Shown piece by piece: positions 40,147 to 50,894 of a DNA stretch of 64,000 nt (position 1 is the first letter of the stretch; every line of letters starts with the position of its first letter). The DNA is from a virus. Location: IMG/VR virus record IMGVR_UViG_3300009081_000001, positions 1 to 64,000 of that record; one strand, written 5' to 3'. The translations under genes were made by a program, and so were the position numbers. The notes under the pieces are model-generated. The model was not told where the DNA came from, did no database searches, and saw nothing but the letters and a program-made list of their open reading frames with translations.

Positions 40147-41436
40147 ATGCAGTGGATCTACTTTCTTGACCGTGATTGGACGTGGGCCAAGTTTGATGAC
40201 AAGCCGCCAGAAGAGATCCGCAACACCATGAAGGAGCGTTGGGAAGCACGGTGGGGCCGTAAGAAGGAAGCATGGTATATCCAGAAAGAAGTCTCCCCCG
40301 TAGAGATGACCGAGGTTCTTGGACAGCCGCTTGGCGTGGTTGAGGGCCGTGCCCCTACGTCTACCTGGAGGTATTGCATGGAGATCGTTCAGCTTGGCTT
40401 GCCGATGATCGAGGTTCCCGTTTCAGAGATTGTGCCGCCCGTTGTCACCCCCAAGTCTATTTCCGTCGGAAATGGGAATGGACACCTGATTGAGAAGCTG
40501 CGCGTCATGGCCGATAGGATGCAGAAGGAGATTGACGACAAGAACCGGCCCATGACACAGAACCCTACTCCCAAGCGCATGAGGGAGCTTGCCAGTCGTC
40601 GCCACGATGGGGCTAACCTTATGAGAGGACAGGCAGCTATGAGGGCTATGGCCGATGCCCTGGAGATGGGTACTCTGCCTGATATCCTCAAGGACGTGGC
40701 AAAGGGCACCAAGGGCAACATTCTCTCCCTGGTGCACACATTGTGGCGGAGTGATGGCTACTATGAAGGGGGTGATTCTGGAGAGTACGCTGATACCAGT
40801 CCCGAGGGCCAGGCGTTGCAGGCTCTCATCAATGGCACTGGCCCAAGCAAGGAAGCACTTGAGCTTGAGCGCCTGGAGCAGAAGGCAAAGCTGATGGTAG
40901 GGCAGGTGCCGGGATTCTACCCTACACCGAGGGCCATTGTAGAACGACTGATTGAATCCGCCTACCTCTATCCTGATGGACTGACCGTTATCGAGCCCTC
41001 TGCAGGCAGTGGTGCTATTGCTGACGTGATCCGTGAGTTGCATCCTGGGTGCAAGCTGGACGTGTGCGAGTGGAACTCTACGCTATGCAATCTCTTGGAG
41101 AAGAAAGGCCATAGTGTTGTAGGGCAGGATTGTATGGTGCTTGATGGGGTGTGGGACCGGGTTTTGATGAATCCCCCGTTTGAGAATAAGCAGGATCTCA
41201 AACACGTCAAACGCCTCTATGAGAACAATCTTGTACAAGGTGGTGCGTTGGTATCGGTGATGGCTTATAGTGGGCATGATGACATTGCGGAGTGCTTTGA
41301 GTGGATGGAGAAGCGGTTCAGCGGTTGGCTGGATGACAAGGACTGGGATGCCCTACTGTTTCCCCGCGATGCCTTTAAGGAAAGCGGGACTGGTGTTGCT
41401 ACCTGTGGCCTGATTCTACGCAAGAGGGAGGAATGA
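40147..41436 (+). CDS. N6-adenine-type DNA methyltransferase with long N-terminal extension
   Basis: FYPTP, IEPSAGSG, MNPPF, FKESGT. Confidence 0.85.
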   Translation: MQWIYFLDRDWTWAKFDDKPPEEIRNTMKERWEARWGRKKEAWYIQKEVSPVEMTEVLGQPLGVVEGRAPTSTWRYCMEIVQLGLPMIEVPVSEIVPPVVTPKSISVGNGNGHLIEKLRVMADRMQKEIDDKNRPMTQNPTPKRMRELASRRHDGANLMRGQAAMRAMADALEMGTLPDILKDVAKGTKGNILSLVHTLWRSDGYYEGGDSGEYADTSPEGQALQALINGTGPSKEALELERLEQKAKLMVGQVPGFYPTPRAIVERLIESAYLYPDGLTVIEPSAGSGAIADVIRELHPGCKLDVCEWNSTLCNLLEKKGHSVVGQDCMVLDGVWDRVLMNPPFENKQDLKHVKRLYENNLVQGGALVSVMAYSGHDDIAECFEWMEKRFSGWLDDKDWDALLFPRDAFKESGTGVATCGLILRKREE

Positions 41437-44400
41437 TGACCTTTGACGAGTACGAGAGCGAGGATATTGACTATCTCTGTGACTTGGAGGCAGAGGCCGA
41501 AGTATACGAGCTGTACCGGGACTATCTTGGAGAAGTGAGGAAGAACAATCCCGGTGAAAGCAACGAAGTATGGGAAGAGATGGCACGAGAGATGGCAAGA
41601 GAGGCTTATGCTGATAGCCTCTCACCAGAGTGGAAAGTGAGGTACTAACCATGCCCGCATTTGTTACGGTTCACCAGTTGTTGTCGAGCCCGCACGAAAA
41701 GGCATTTCTCAATGTCGAGTCGCCCTTTGGCGGCATTGGAGTATGGGGCTCTACGTACATGAAGCCCACGATTCTGCTCAAGTCTGCGGAGGACAAGGAC
41801 AGCCTCTACTTCATGTTAATGCAGTTCGAGAATGAGGGCTACATGGCGGAGTGGCTTGAGAGTAATAAGAAGCTCTACACCGTGGTTGCCAACGTCGAGA
41901 ATCTCATTTCCGACAAGGAGGACTAACCATGAAGTGTATCATGTGCAACCAGAGAGAAGCAAGGCGGGATAGTACCCTGTGTGACGTGTGCTTTAAGAGG
42001 CCATGGATGGAGCAGATTCATGCTCTGCTGGCCGTTCTGAATGCACAAGCCAAGGTGGCCTGGAAGGAGAAGGGCAATGGGTAGGATGAAGGAGTTGTAC
42101 ATCGAGGTAGAAGAGTTGGCGTCCAAGCTCTTGATGGACCTGGGCATGGAGCCGGGCACTGTGGCCTATGATGCCTGCTATCCTGGTGTAGTGGAGAGGC
42201 TTACCCGGTGGGTGGACCATACGTTTCTTGCTGCTGGATTTCCGACGGAAACAGTAGGAGCTTTTACCTATTCGGTGGAAGTCTAGGCCATTAGGTGGAG
42301 TGGGTGGAGTGGGGAAAGGAAGGATAGAATGGCACGGCTGATTGACTATGAGGGCAAGCTGGCCGTTGATCACGGCTGGCTCACCCGCCAGAATGAACCC
42401 GTCGAGGATAGGTGGTTGTCGGTGTCTAACATCGAGGCCAGCCGCTACCCCGTTGTGGTGGATCGCATTATCGAGTTCACTGGGAACATGGGTCGGGTTT
42501 ACAATCCCAACACAAGCCAGTTCATCTACGTGGATACTACCAACTGGGAGAGCGTTGTGGTCGAGCGGCCCATCAAGAAGCCCCGCAAGGGAAAGGATTA
42601 TGATTGGGTGTGGTCTGTGGGCAAATGGCGAAAGGAGTGGAAATGAGCGAGACACTTGCAGTCTTTCAGACAAAGGTTGGTTCCTGGTTCTACGAACGGT
42701 GTGAGGGCTCTCTTGTCCTAACAGGAGATACAGAGTTTCGCCTTGCTGGAGTCCTGGTATCCATCGTGACAGTCACGAAGAAGCGTATCCTTTGCCAGAA
42801 TAGCAGGGGGTACTATGCCTGGTTCGATAAGGAGGAGATTGCATGAGCGAGGTAATTTGCACTTACTGTATCTACCGCACGGATCCCCTGTACTGCTACA
42901 AATACCTTGAGCCTTTGTATCCTACGGCCAGGGAGCTTTGTGCCAAGTTTGCCCCTGCCCCCCGCTGTCCTGTATGCGGGAAAGTGGCAACAGAGCACCC
43001 CGGTCGGCATCGTGACTGGTGTGAGGCCAGGGTATGCAAGAATTGCTATCGCATCCTTGGCTGTAAGAGATGTGCCAACTCAAGCCTCAAATGCCTGTTC
43101 TGTGGAGGTAAAGAATGAACCAAGCCCAACGGATAGCGAATGAGATATACCGTGAGGCCATGCGCTTTACCATCTGTGCCCTGTGTGGCAGGATATGCCT
43201 GTATACCGTGACCATCAACAATAAGATGGTCTGTGAGTGGTGTGCTGATGCAGCATGGCAAGAAGTGGCAGAGGACAGGCGTGAGCTTGAGGATCAGCGC
43301 CGGGCAGCGCAGAGGGGGATACTGTGAAGATTCACGAGCTTGTGGAGTGCAGTATCACGGAGGATGAGCTACTTCGTGCTGCACTAGCAGACCTTGATGA
43401 ATCTACCAAGGGGTGGAAGACAAGGAAGTACAGAGAAGAACACCCCGAGGAAGTGGCGCTAGATGCAGTCTTCCGTGGGTGGTGTGCGGTGCGTGATACC
43501 TACCTGGAAGAGTTGACGTTTGCCCTTTGGGAGCACTATGAGGATAGGGACAGACTCGCCCGCCATGCAGAAGCTATCTTTACTACTGCTGCCAAGCGGT
43601 ATGATGCTGCACCCCTAATCGGTTCAGAGGGCGTGTACTGCAACTTTGACTGTAAGCACTGCCCCCAGGAAGATAGCTGTGATCGAGAGTATGTGAGGGA
43701 TGATCTAGCGTGGACCGCCGCTGGTACGATTGCTATGGTGCTGTTCCTATGGCAAGAGGCGAAAGGAATCCTGCCTTTTCCAGATGAGCCAAGCGACGAG
43801 ACAGTATTGACCTATTACCGCCTGCACCCCAACCTGCAATCAGTGGGGGATATGTACGTGGCACAACCGTCACTCTTTTGAGGTTTTAGACTATGGCACA
43901 AATTTTGCAAGTCGATTTCCGACGGAAATAGGAGGACAGAATGAAACCGAAAGAGGCACACAAGCTACTGAATGAGTACTTTGCAGACCAGACGGCGTAT
44001 GATCCAGAGATTGGCGAGGCACTTGATACGCTTTACCGCGCTGCCCTGGTGGTGAAACTGTTGGACAAGTGGATGGAGCATGGAGAAGATATTGCCCTAT
44101 CCAAAGACGCCGAGGGGTATTGGGGCCAGATATGGCATGGTGGTATCGAGATGGGCGTAGAGTTTGCCAGTGGGGCTGCAAGTAGCCTTGAGGGTATCAT
44201 GGCGCTGCTGGATGATATGGCTACTCGCTATCTACGGCATGAATGGAAGCCGCCCAAAGAGGATAGCCACCTTGAGTCTGCCTATGAAGACCGGACCTAC
44301 TTTGAAGACTAGTCAGCCACGCCTAGATAGAGGGGTAACGTACTGGCAAGCTTGGGACTCATTCTACAGGATGCTAGGCGAGGCAGAAAACCCCGCCTAT

Positions 44401-46183
44401 GTGCTGCAGGGAGGCCCAGGCTTTGGCATTAGGGCTGCTGTGTTTGCCAGTAGGTTTGTCAAACCAGCAGAGGACCAGGGGCTTTATACCGCTATCTACA
44501 ACATCGTGTACAACTTCTTCACTGATGGACCAAGCAAGAGGGAGGGATGAATGGATCTATCCAAGCTGTTCATCGTGCGTCACTCTGTTACAGAGTATGT
44601 GTACACCGAGGAGCGTAAGCTGTTCGATGCACAGGGCAAGGGAGAGGGCTATCTACGTGAGTTCTCCTATCCCGTAACAGCGAGGTCGGGCAAGGAGTCT
44701 CAAGATTTGCTGGTGCGTGGCGTGGCAACCTGCACCGCCAGCTTTGGGTTCAATACCTGGATTGACTGGGGGGAATGATGTATACCTACAAGGACTTTGC
44801 AACCGGGAAGATGCGGCGTACTAGGGGCGAGTTTGAGCAGTGGTCCGAACCCACTGGGCCACTCAAGGTCAGATACGCCATTTTCAAGAACCCCAAGGGC
44901 CGTGTCTGTGTTCCATCTTACTGCCTAACACCAGAAACTAAGGCAGCAATTCCGTCAGTACCTAGGTAGAACCTATGTTTGGGTATTGACAACCGTTCAA
45001 AGGTATGATACAATGGGCTGTAGTTCAGAACGAGAGAAGGGAGAGCAAGATGAAGTACTTGAGGGTAACAGTCAGGTTCGCAGACAATCCAGAGGCCAAC
45101 TACAGTGAGGTACTGCCTGTGAGTGAGTTGGCCGAGAAGTACCCCGAAGCGTCGTCCATCTTCTGCAATCCCGAGTTCGTTTCCATGCGCTACACTTTGG
45201 ACCTGATGATCGTGGACATTCGGGAGGACTAGCATGGAAGGGTACAGGTGCCAAGCCCCTAACCAGGAAGTGGAGCAGATTGACGCCGAGATCGTAGCAA
45301 AGATGAAGTGTCGGCGCTGCAAGTCTCAAATGAGATACGAGCCGTGGACCAGGCCGGGTAGTTACGTGGCCTTGGCTGTTTGCCCTAACTGTGGGCGAGA
45401 AGTGGAGTTCTAATGAAACCCCTGCAGAACATCATCTTTGGTGATACCCTGAGTCGCATCGTCGGCCCACTGTACATCAAGTGGAACAGCGCCTCATATC
45501 GGTACTACAGCCCCTTTCGCACGGAAAGCGGGAGGCATGGCAGCTTGCAAGTGTGGCGCATTCAGGTATTTTGGTAGCAGCATCGGGGCCGGGAGTCACC
45601 TTGAGATTTCCGGCCCTGGTACAAATTTTGGGACGGGATTTCAATAGGGGGATGATGGTATGACATGGGAAGAGGCTACAAAATTGGCGGTGCATTGTCC
45701 TGACGCACTCCCGGCGACGTTGACTGTTGAATCAACGTCTGTACCCCGGCCTGACTTGGAATCAGTTTTGATGTGCAAAATCAAAGTGAGGCAGGGAAAA
45801 GAGCCAGATGGTTGTGACCAGGACCACTGCCCCCATTGGCACTAAGCAACGTTTGTACTTAGAGAGGAAAAGAGACTATGAAGCAAATGTGCGTGGCTAG
45901 GTTCGAGTTTGGCAGTCCATCGCTCACGCTTGTCGAGGTAGTCAAAGAGACGGAGAAGACTATCGTTGTCGGCAAGACAGAGAAGGTGATAGGCTATCTC
46001 TATGTCGGAAGGCGGCTGCTCAAGGATCAATCCGTCTTTGAAACAGAGGTAGAGGCGTTAGCCTGGCTTGTAGATCGGGCTGATGCCCACCGCTTACAGA
46101 GAGAGAAGGATTATAAGGCGGCTGCACAGCAATACCTAGACCTGCGGTTTCTGTTGGCTACCAAAAGAGAGGAACAGGCATGA
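41433..46183 (+). CDS. Cluster of small hypothetical genes
   Basis: Translationally coupled short ORFs with RBSs; no recognisable family. Confidence 0.55.
44969..45014 (+). promoter_or_regulatory. Promoter with SOS-like box
   Basis: GAAC-CTAT-GTTT, 5 bp, TTGACA-17-TACAAT. Confidence 0.75.
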
Positions 46184-46473
46184 ATACTATCGTTAGGCTG
46201 GAAGATGTTGACTTGTTGTGGGCGTTGGCTGACTATCGTGTGACGGTCAACGATAAGCATGGCCCTCTGTCACTGGATGCGTTCAGCGCATTCATCGCGG
46301 AGCAGCATGAGCTTGAGGTAGGACCGTCCAAGGCTACTCTCTCTAACAGGCTGAATGGCCTCATCAAAGAGGGATACCTGTCGGCGCTGCGAGATGAGGG
46401 CAATGGGCTCTTGACCTTTACGCTGGACCTTACCGATGAGGGTAGAAAGGTGCTGGAGAATGGCAGCGATTGA
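46180..46473 (+). CDS. Winged-helix DNA-binding protein
   Basis: SKATLSNRLNGLIKEGYL...LTDEGRKVL. Confidence 0.7.
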   Translation: MNTIVRLEDVDLLWALADYRVTVNDKHGPLSLDAFSAFIAEQHELEVGPSKATLSNRLNGLIKEGYLSALRDEGNGLLTFTLDLTDEGRKVLENGSD

Positions 46474-47167
46474 CCTGTTTAGTCCACCAGACCTTGAAGA
46501 ACTGGAAGCCCTGCATGGTCCCTTGCATCTGGTGCAGAGTCGGCAGCTTACCGAACAGGAGCAAGAGCAAGCCAGAACAAGGGAACCAAAGCGCAAGCAC
46601 CTGGAAACCAAGCGCAAGAGCGAGGCCATTGTCAAGAGGCAGTGGGCCAGATGGGGAGCAAATCTTGCCAAGGCGCGGGACGACCTTATCACCCTCAAGA
46701 CCGGGCAGCAGGTGCGTGTCTCAAAGGACGTGGATTTCGTGGGTGATATCCCCCTGCGTCTGAATGGGCACGTCTCGACCTATCCCTTGAAGGTGGAGAG
46801 CAAGGGTATCACCCTTGACGCCAAAGGCAGGGGCTCTTTCCCCCTGTCTAACCTGTCTGACAAGGAGCGTCGGTATCTAAGTAACCATCGTGCAGGGGGT
46901 GGGCTGGCCGTGGTGCATCTGTGCTGGTGGCAAGCAGGGGAGTGTGTAGCCTGTCACGTTGTCAACTGGAAGCAGTGGGAGCGGTTGGAGGCGGGGCTAT
47001 CGGCCCTGAGTGATGGGAAGTTTGGGGGTAAGAGCCTGCGGTATCACGCTGACTTGATGTTGCTGGTAGGGTGTGCCGTGGTGAAGGTGCATAGCCGGTG
47101 GGAGTTGGAAGCTGACCATTGGCTGCGTCCCATGCTTGCTAACGGGCAAGCGCCGATGCTGTTTTGA
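46460..47167 (+). CDS. PD-(D/E)XK nuclease, RecU-like Holliday junction resolvase candidate
   Basis: VDFVG...KVESK catalytic pattern; L..HRAGGGLAVV. Confidence 0.6.
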   Translation: MAAIDLFSPPDLEELEALHGPLHLVQSRQLTEQEQEQARTREPKRKHLETKRKSEAIVKRQWARWGANLAKARDDLITLKTGQQVRVSKDVDFVGDIPLRLNGHVSTYPLKVESKGITLDAKGRGSFPLSNLSDKERRYLSNHRAGGGLAVVHLCWWQAGECVACHVVNWKQWERLEAGLSALSDGKFGGKSLRYHADLMLLVGCAVVKVHSRWELEADHWLRPMLANGQAPMLF

Positions 47168-47932
47168 TTTCCGTCGGAAATAGAGAGGGCTAGACATGGA
47201 CTATTACATTCGGTTTCTCAAGTCAACCTTTGGCAACGTGCAAGGTGACATCGTGCAACTGGATACCGTAGACGGACAGGATAACGTGTACTACTACGAT
47301 TCCTTTGACCGCTACTGCTACCTTACACCCGAGGAAGAAGGTACGGTATGGGAATGGGCAACAGAGGAAGACTATCGTGCCCAGGAAGAGGAATAGGGAG
47401 GGCTAGATGTTCTGTGACAAGTGCGACAACAAGGCGACTGTTCACCTATGCGAAGGGTGCGCGGCAGAGCTTGAAGAGACTCTAGAAAGTGACGAGCAGA
47501 CCATTGATGAGTTAGGGAAAGAACTGGAACAGCTACGAGCTACGTTGAAGAGTATCCGCAAGCTGTCAGGTGAAATCTACCAGTGGGTGAAGAGTGGAGA
47601 GGCAGTTAAGACCGATGTTCGTCTCCTGATTCAGACGAACGCGAGGATCATCAATGAGGATGCCCACCAGGCCCTTATAGGGGAGGACTAATGGATCCTG
47701 AACGAATGGCGATTGTAGCAGCAACATTGTCAATCCGTAGACTCACCGATGAGGAGTTGGCGGCTATGAATATTGCCGTGCAACTTGATATGGACCCCCG
47801 CGAAGTCACTGGCTATGACAAGGTATCGGGCTGCTTTACTTGTCTTACTACTAAGGGCTATAGCCCTGCACACGATCTGGTGAAGCAAGCCTTTGCCGAG
47901 GAAGCGGGGCGGCGTTTCTATAAGGAGGGAGC

Positions 47933-49099
47933 ATGACACCAAGGGAAGAACTGCAAGCCCTGGCAGTTGTAGATGATGGCCTTGATAGCCTACTGGTTCC
48001 CGATCCAGAGGTAGGGCTACCCGCTACAGCAGACAGGGCCGCGCTTACCGTGGACTGGATAGGATTCAGGGACTTGTGTACACAGAGCCCAGGTATCCTT
48101 GACGGTTTGCCCAAGCCCAAGGAACACGAGCTTGCACACGTCTACATCAAGCGCATCTGGCCCTTGCTTGAGGCAGACGAACGGGGTACTGCCCTGGAGA
48201 TGGGGCTGCAGAAGATGGTCACGATGGGCCGCATAAGTGAGGTTGGGGTACAGCTACGCATCTGGCGGGCCTACGTCTCCGGTGACTGGCAGGGGAGCCC
48301 CGAGTGCTGTGATACGTTCCGAGAGTGGGTGCATCACGTCTTGACTGACACCCTGGAGGCCAGCACCACTGAGGCTACTCACCTGGCTAACGTGGTCGAG
48401 GCTGTGGCGTGGCTGGCCAAGAATGACTACTCCTGGTTGCCGAAAGACGATGAGGATAACCCTGCACTTGAGCAATGCTTTACCCGTCCTCTCTATCGTC
48501 GCTATCGTGCCGTAGCAGCAAAGATTCTGGACAGAGCCAAGATTTTGGGAGAGGTTGAGGCTCGCCTGATAGAGAAGCAGAGGGAGAAGCAAGAGGTTGA
48601 GGTCAAAGACCTACAGGCAGCGGTGAATGACATCGAGCAAGAGATCACGGAGCTTGTTGAACATGCCTCTGATATTGAGGGGTACAACACCACCGACCTG
48701 GATAGAGAGGGTAGGACCAGACCGTTAAGGTTGCCCCCTATCGAGGCACGGAAGGACAAAAGGGATCCTATCACCGGGCGCACGACAATCACGATGGAGG
48801 TTAGCCTGGCACAGGAGATTGTGTTACAGCAAAAGGGACGGGGCTGGCTGGACCTACTGCTTGAGGGAGAACAGTATGATAGAGCCAAGTGGGACTATGT
48901 AGAATACCGCAAGATAGGTACTGACGGTTGGGAGCGACGCATCTTGCCAGAAGATAAGATTTGGTGCGATGACGATTGGGAACCGTGGGCCGGGAGTCCC
49001 GTCGGAGCACTTGACACGTTGGCATATATCACCAAAGAGATGACCGTGTTGCACTACTATGTGCAGAAGGAGGACAAGGATGCTGGACAGGTGGAATGA
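47933..49099 (+). CDS. Hypothetical protein with coiled coil
   Basis: 388-aa ORF with AGGAGG RBS. Confidence 0.6.
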   Translation: MTPREELQALAVVDDGLDSLLVPDPEVGLPATADRAALTVDWIGFRDLCTQSPGILDGLPKPKEHELAHVYIKRIWPLLEADERGTALEMGLQKMVTMGRISEVGVQLRIWRAYVSGDWQGSPECCDTFREWVHHVLTDTLEASTTEATHLANVVEAVAWLAKNDYSWLPKDDEDNPALEQCFTRPLYRRYRAVAAKILDRAKILGEVEARLIEKQREKQEVEVKDLQAAVNDIEQEITELVEHASDIEGYNTTDLDREGRTRPLRLPPIEARKDKRDPITGRTTITMEVSLAQEIVLQQKGRGWLDLLLEGEQYDRAKWDYVEYRKIGTDGWERRILPEDKIWCDDDWEPWAGSPVGALDTLAYITKEMTVLHYYVQKEDKDAGQVE

Positions 49100-49411
49100 C
49101 CTGATAGACAGGGCCAAGCCCCTTGTGCTGGAGAGCCCGCGTCTCTTCGACAACCTTGCCGATGCTGCCCAAGACCTACACGACTATCCCTTTCACCACA
49201 AGCGTATCCTTGACGACCTGGAGCGTGTCATTCAGTCCTATGAGGAGGATGGGCCAGATGAAGAAGAAGATTAGGGACAGGATTCTCGACGCCTGGGTGT
49301 GGGACCAGTGTGGCAAGTGTGGCCGTGCGTTCCCGGCCAGTGAGAAGAGGCTGGATAACAGGGGCTTGTGTCCCGACTGTGCGCGTATTGAGCGTTCAGG
49401 TTTGTGAGCAC

Positions 49412-49440
49412 TTGACACGTATCCTGATCTATGGTATGAT
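49412..49440 (+). promoter_or_regulatory. Sigma70-type promoter
   Basis: TTGACA-17-TATGAT. Confidence 0.75.
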
Positions 49441-49540
49441 GTGCTCTGACGATGAACGTCTAGACAACTGATAATCGGCAGGCATCAAGCTCTGGCGGGG
49501 GTAAGATGCAAGAGAAAGCCGCTATCGAAGTACACACACA

Positions 49541-49626
49541 GGCCCACTATTTCGGGTCTTTCTGGTTATTCCCTCGTGTACTGGGGAGCCGCCAAAAAGA
49601 CCAAGAAAGATCCGAAATAGTGGGTC
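49541..49626 (+). ncRNA. Structured RNA leader or small RNA (23-bp stem)
   Basis: 49541-49563 pairs with 49604-49626, including two G-U pairs. Confidence 0.55.
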
Positions 49627-49649
49627 ATTGTATTATAAGGAGGAAGCGA

Positions 49650-49742
49650 ATGTATAAGTGGTGGTGGTACAAGCCTTTCATTATCTTTCTGGTGCTGGCC
49701 CTGGCCGTAGCGGTAGGGCTGTGCATTGGGGGGTACTGGTAG
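49650..49742 (+). CDS. 30-aa hydrophobic peptide
   Basis: TAAGGAGG RBS; MYKWWWYKPFIIFLVLALAVAVGLCIGGYW. Confidence 0.65.
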   Translation: MYKWWWYKPFIIFLVLALAVAVGLCIGGYW

Positions 49743-50894
49743 GAGGAGGGGAGCATGAAGAAACTAGGCAAGAGAGTAAAGCTAAGTGAGGCACAGGTAA
49801 GGGCGCTCACATACCTTTCCAAGCACGAGGGCTGGACATACGGTACGCCCGTTACACAACGGTGCCTGAATGCCCTGCATATTCGTGGCCTGGTTGGAGT
49901 GGCCTTCGATAAGGAAACAGGATGGGTTGAGAGGATAACAGACGCTGGCAGGGAGGCGCTAGCACACTGGCAGGAGAAGAGGGAATGATAGTCACACGAC
50001 TGATAAGGCAACTGTTGGCTGCGGTCTATGCGACATCAGCTCTCCTAACTGTAGGCTCTGCCATCTTTTGGGGAGGGCTCGACGGTGTATCATCAGACCG
50101 CTTGATAATGGGCGGGGTAGTGCTTGCACTTCTGGCAGTAGCACAGGAGATCGCTTGCATTTCCGACGGAAATAGGGGAGGGTGAGCATGAGAACAGAGG
50201 GAGAGATCAGGAAAGAGTTGATGGAGATAGACTATCTGCTGCAATTCTACACCAAGCACAAGCCGGAGATAGTCACAAGCATAGATGCCAGCATAACCAT
50301 CGGCACTACTGCTGCACTGGCAATCCAGAAAGCTACCATGCAGTGGGTGCTTGGCATGGACAAGGAGGAGGGGGCATGAAACCGATTGTCTGTATCGGAA
50401 CGGCAGACGGTATCGAAGTCAACGCCTTTTTCTCTACCATGTATCGAGACGGAGAAAGGGTTGAGCGGCCCTGTGTTGAGATTCGCGGGGCAAACGGGAT
50501 CCAGATGCACCTATCGAAAGTCGAAGGACTGATTGACCTGCTGCAAGAGGCGGTTGCATACTGGAAAGATGAAGGCTACTAGATTTCCGACGGAAATAGG
50601 AGGGAGTCGAGCATGAGTAACCTTTACTGGGCGATGGATGAAGACGCCGACGATGGGGTAACAGTTGAGTGGGAAGAGACGTTAGCCGATCCTGTATTCT
50701 ACAAGTGGATCGAGTGGGTATGCCCTGTCTGTGGTGAAAAGAACATCGACAGTCCAGACCTTACAGCGGTGCCCATCTGCGGTGACTGTGAGCGAGTGTC
50801 GGACTGGGAAGAGTTTGTTGGACTATTCGATTGAGGCATCGCTTTGTGAGCCTTAGAGCCGTAAGGATGTCTCCCATGAAAGGGAGAGAGTAAC

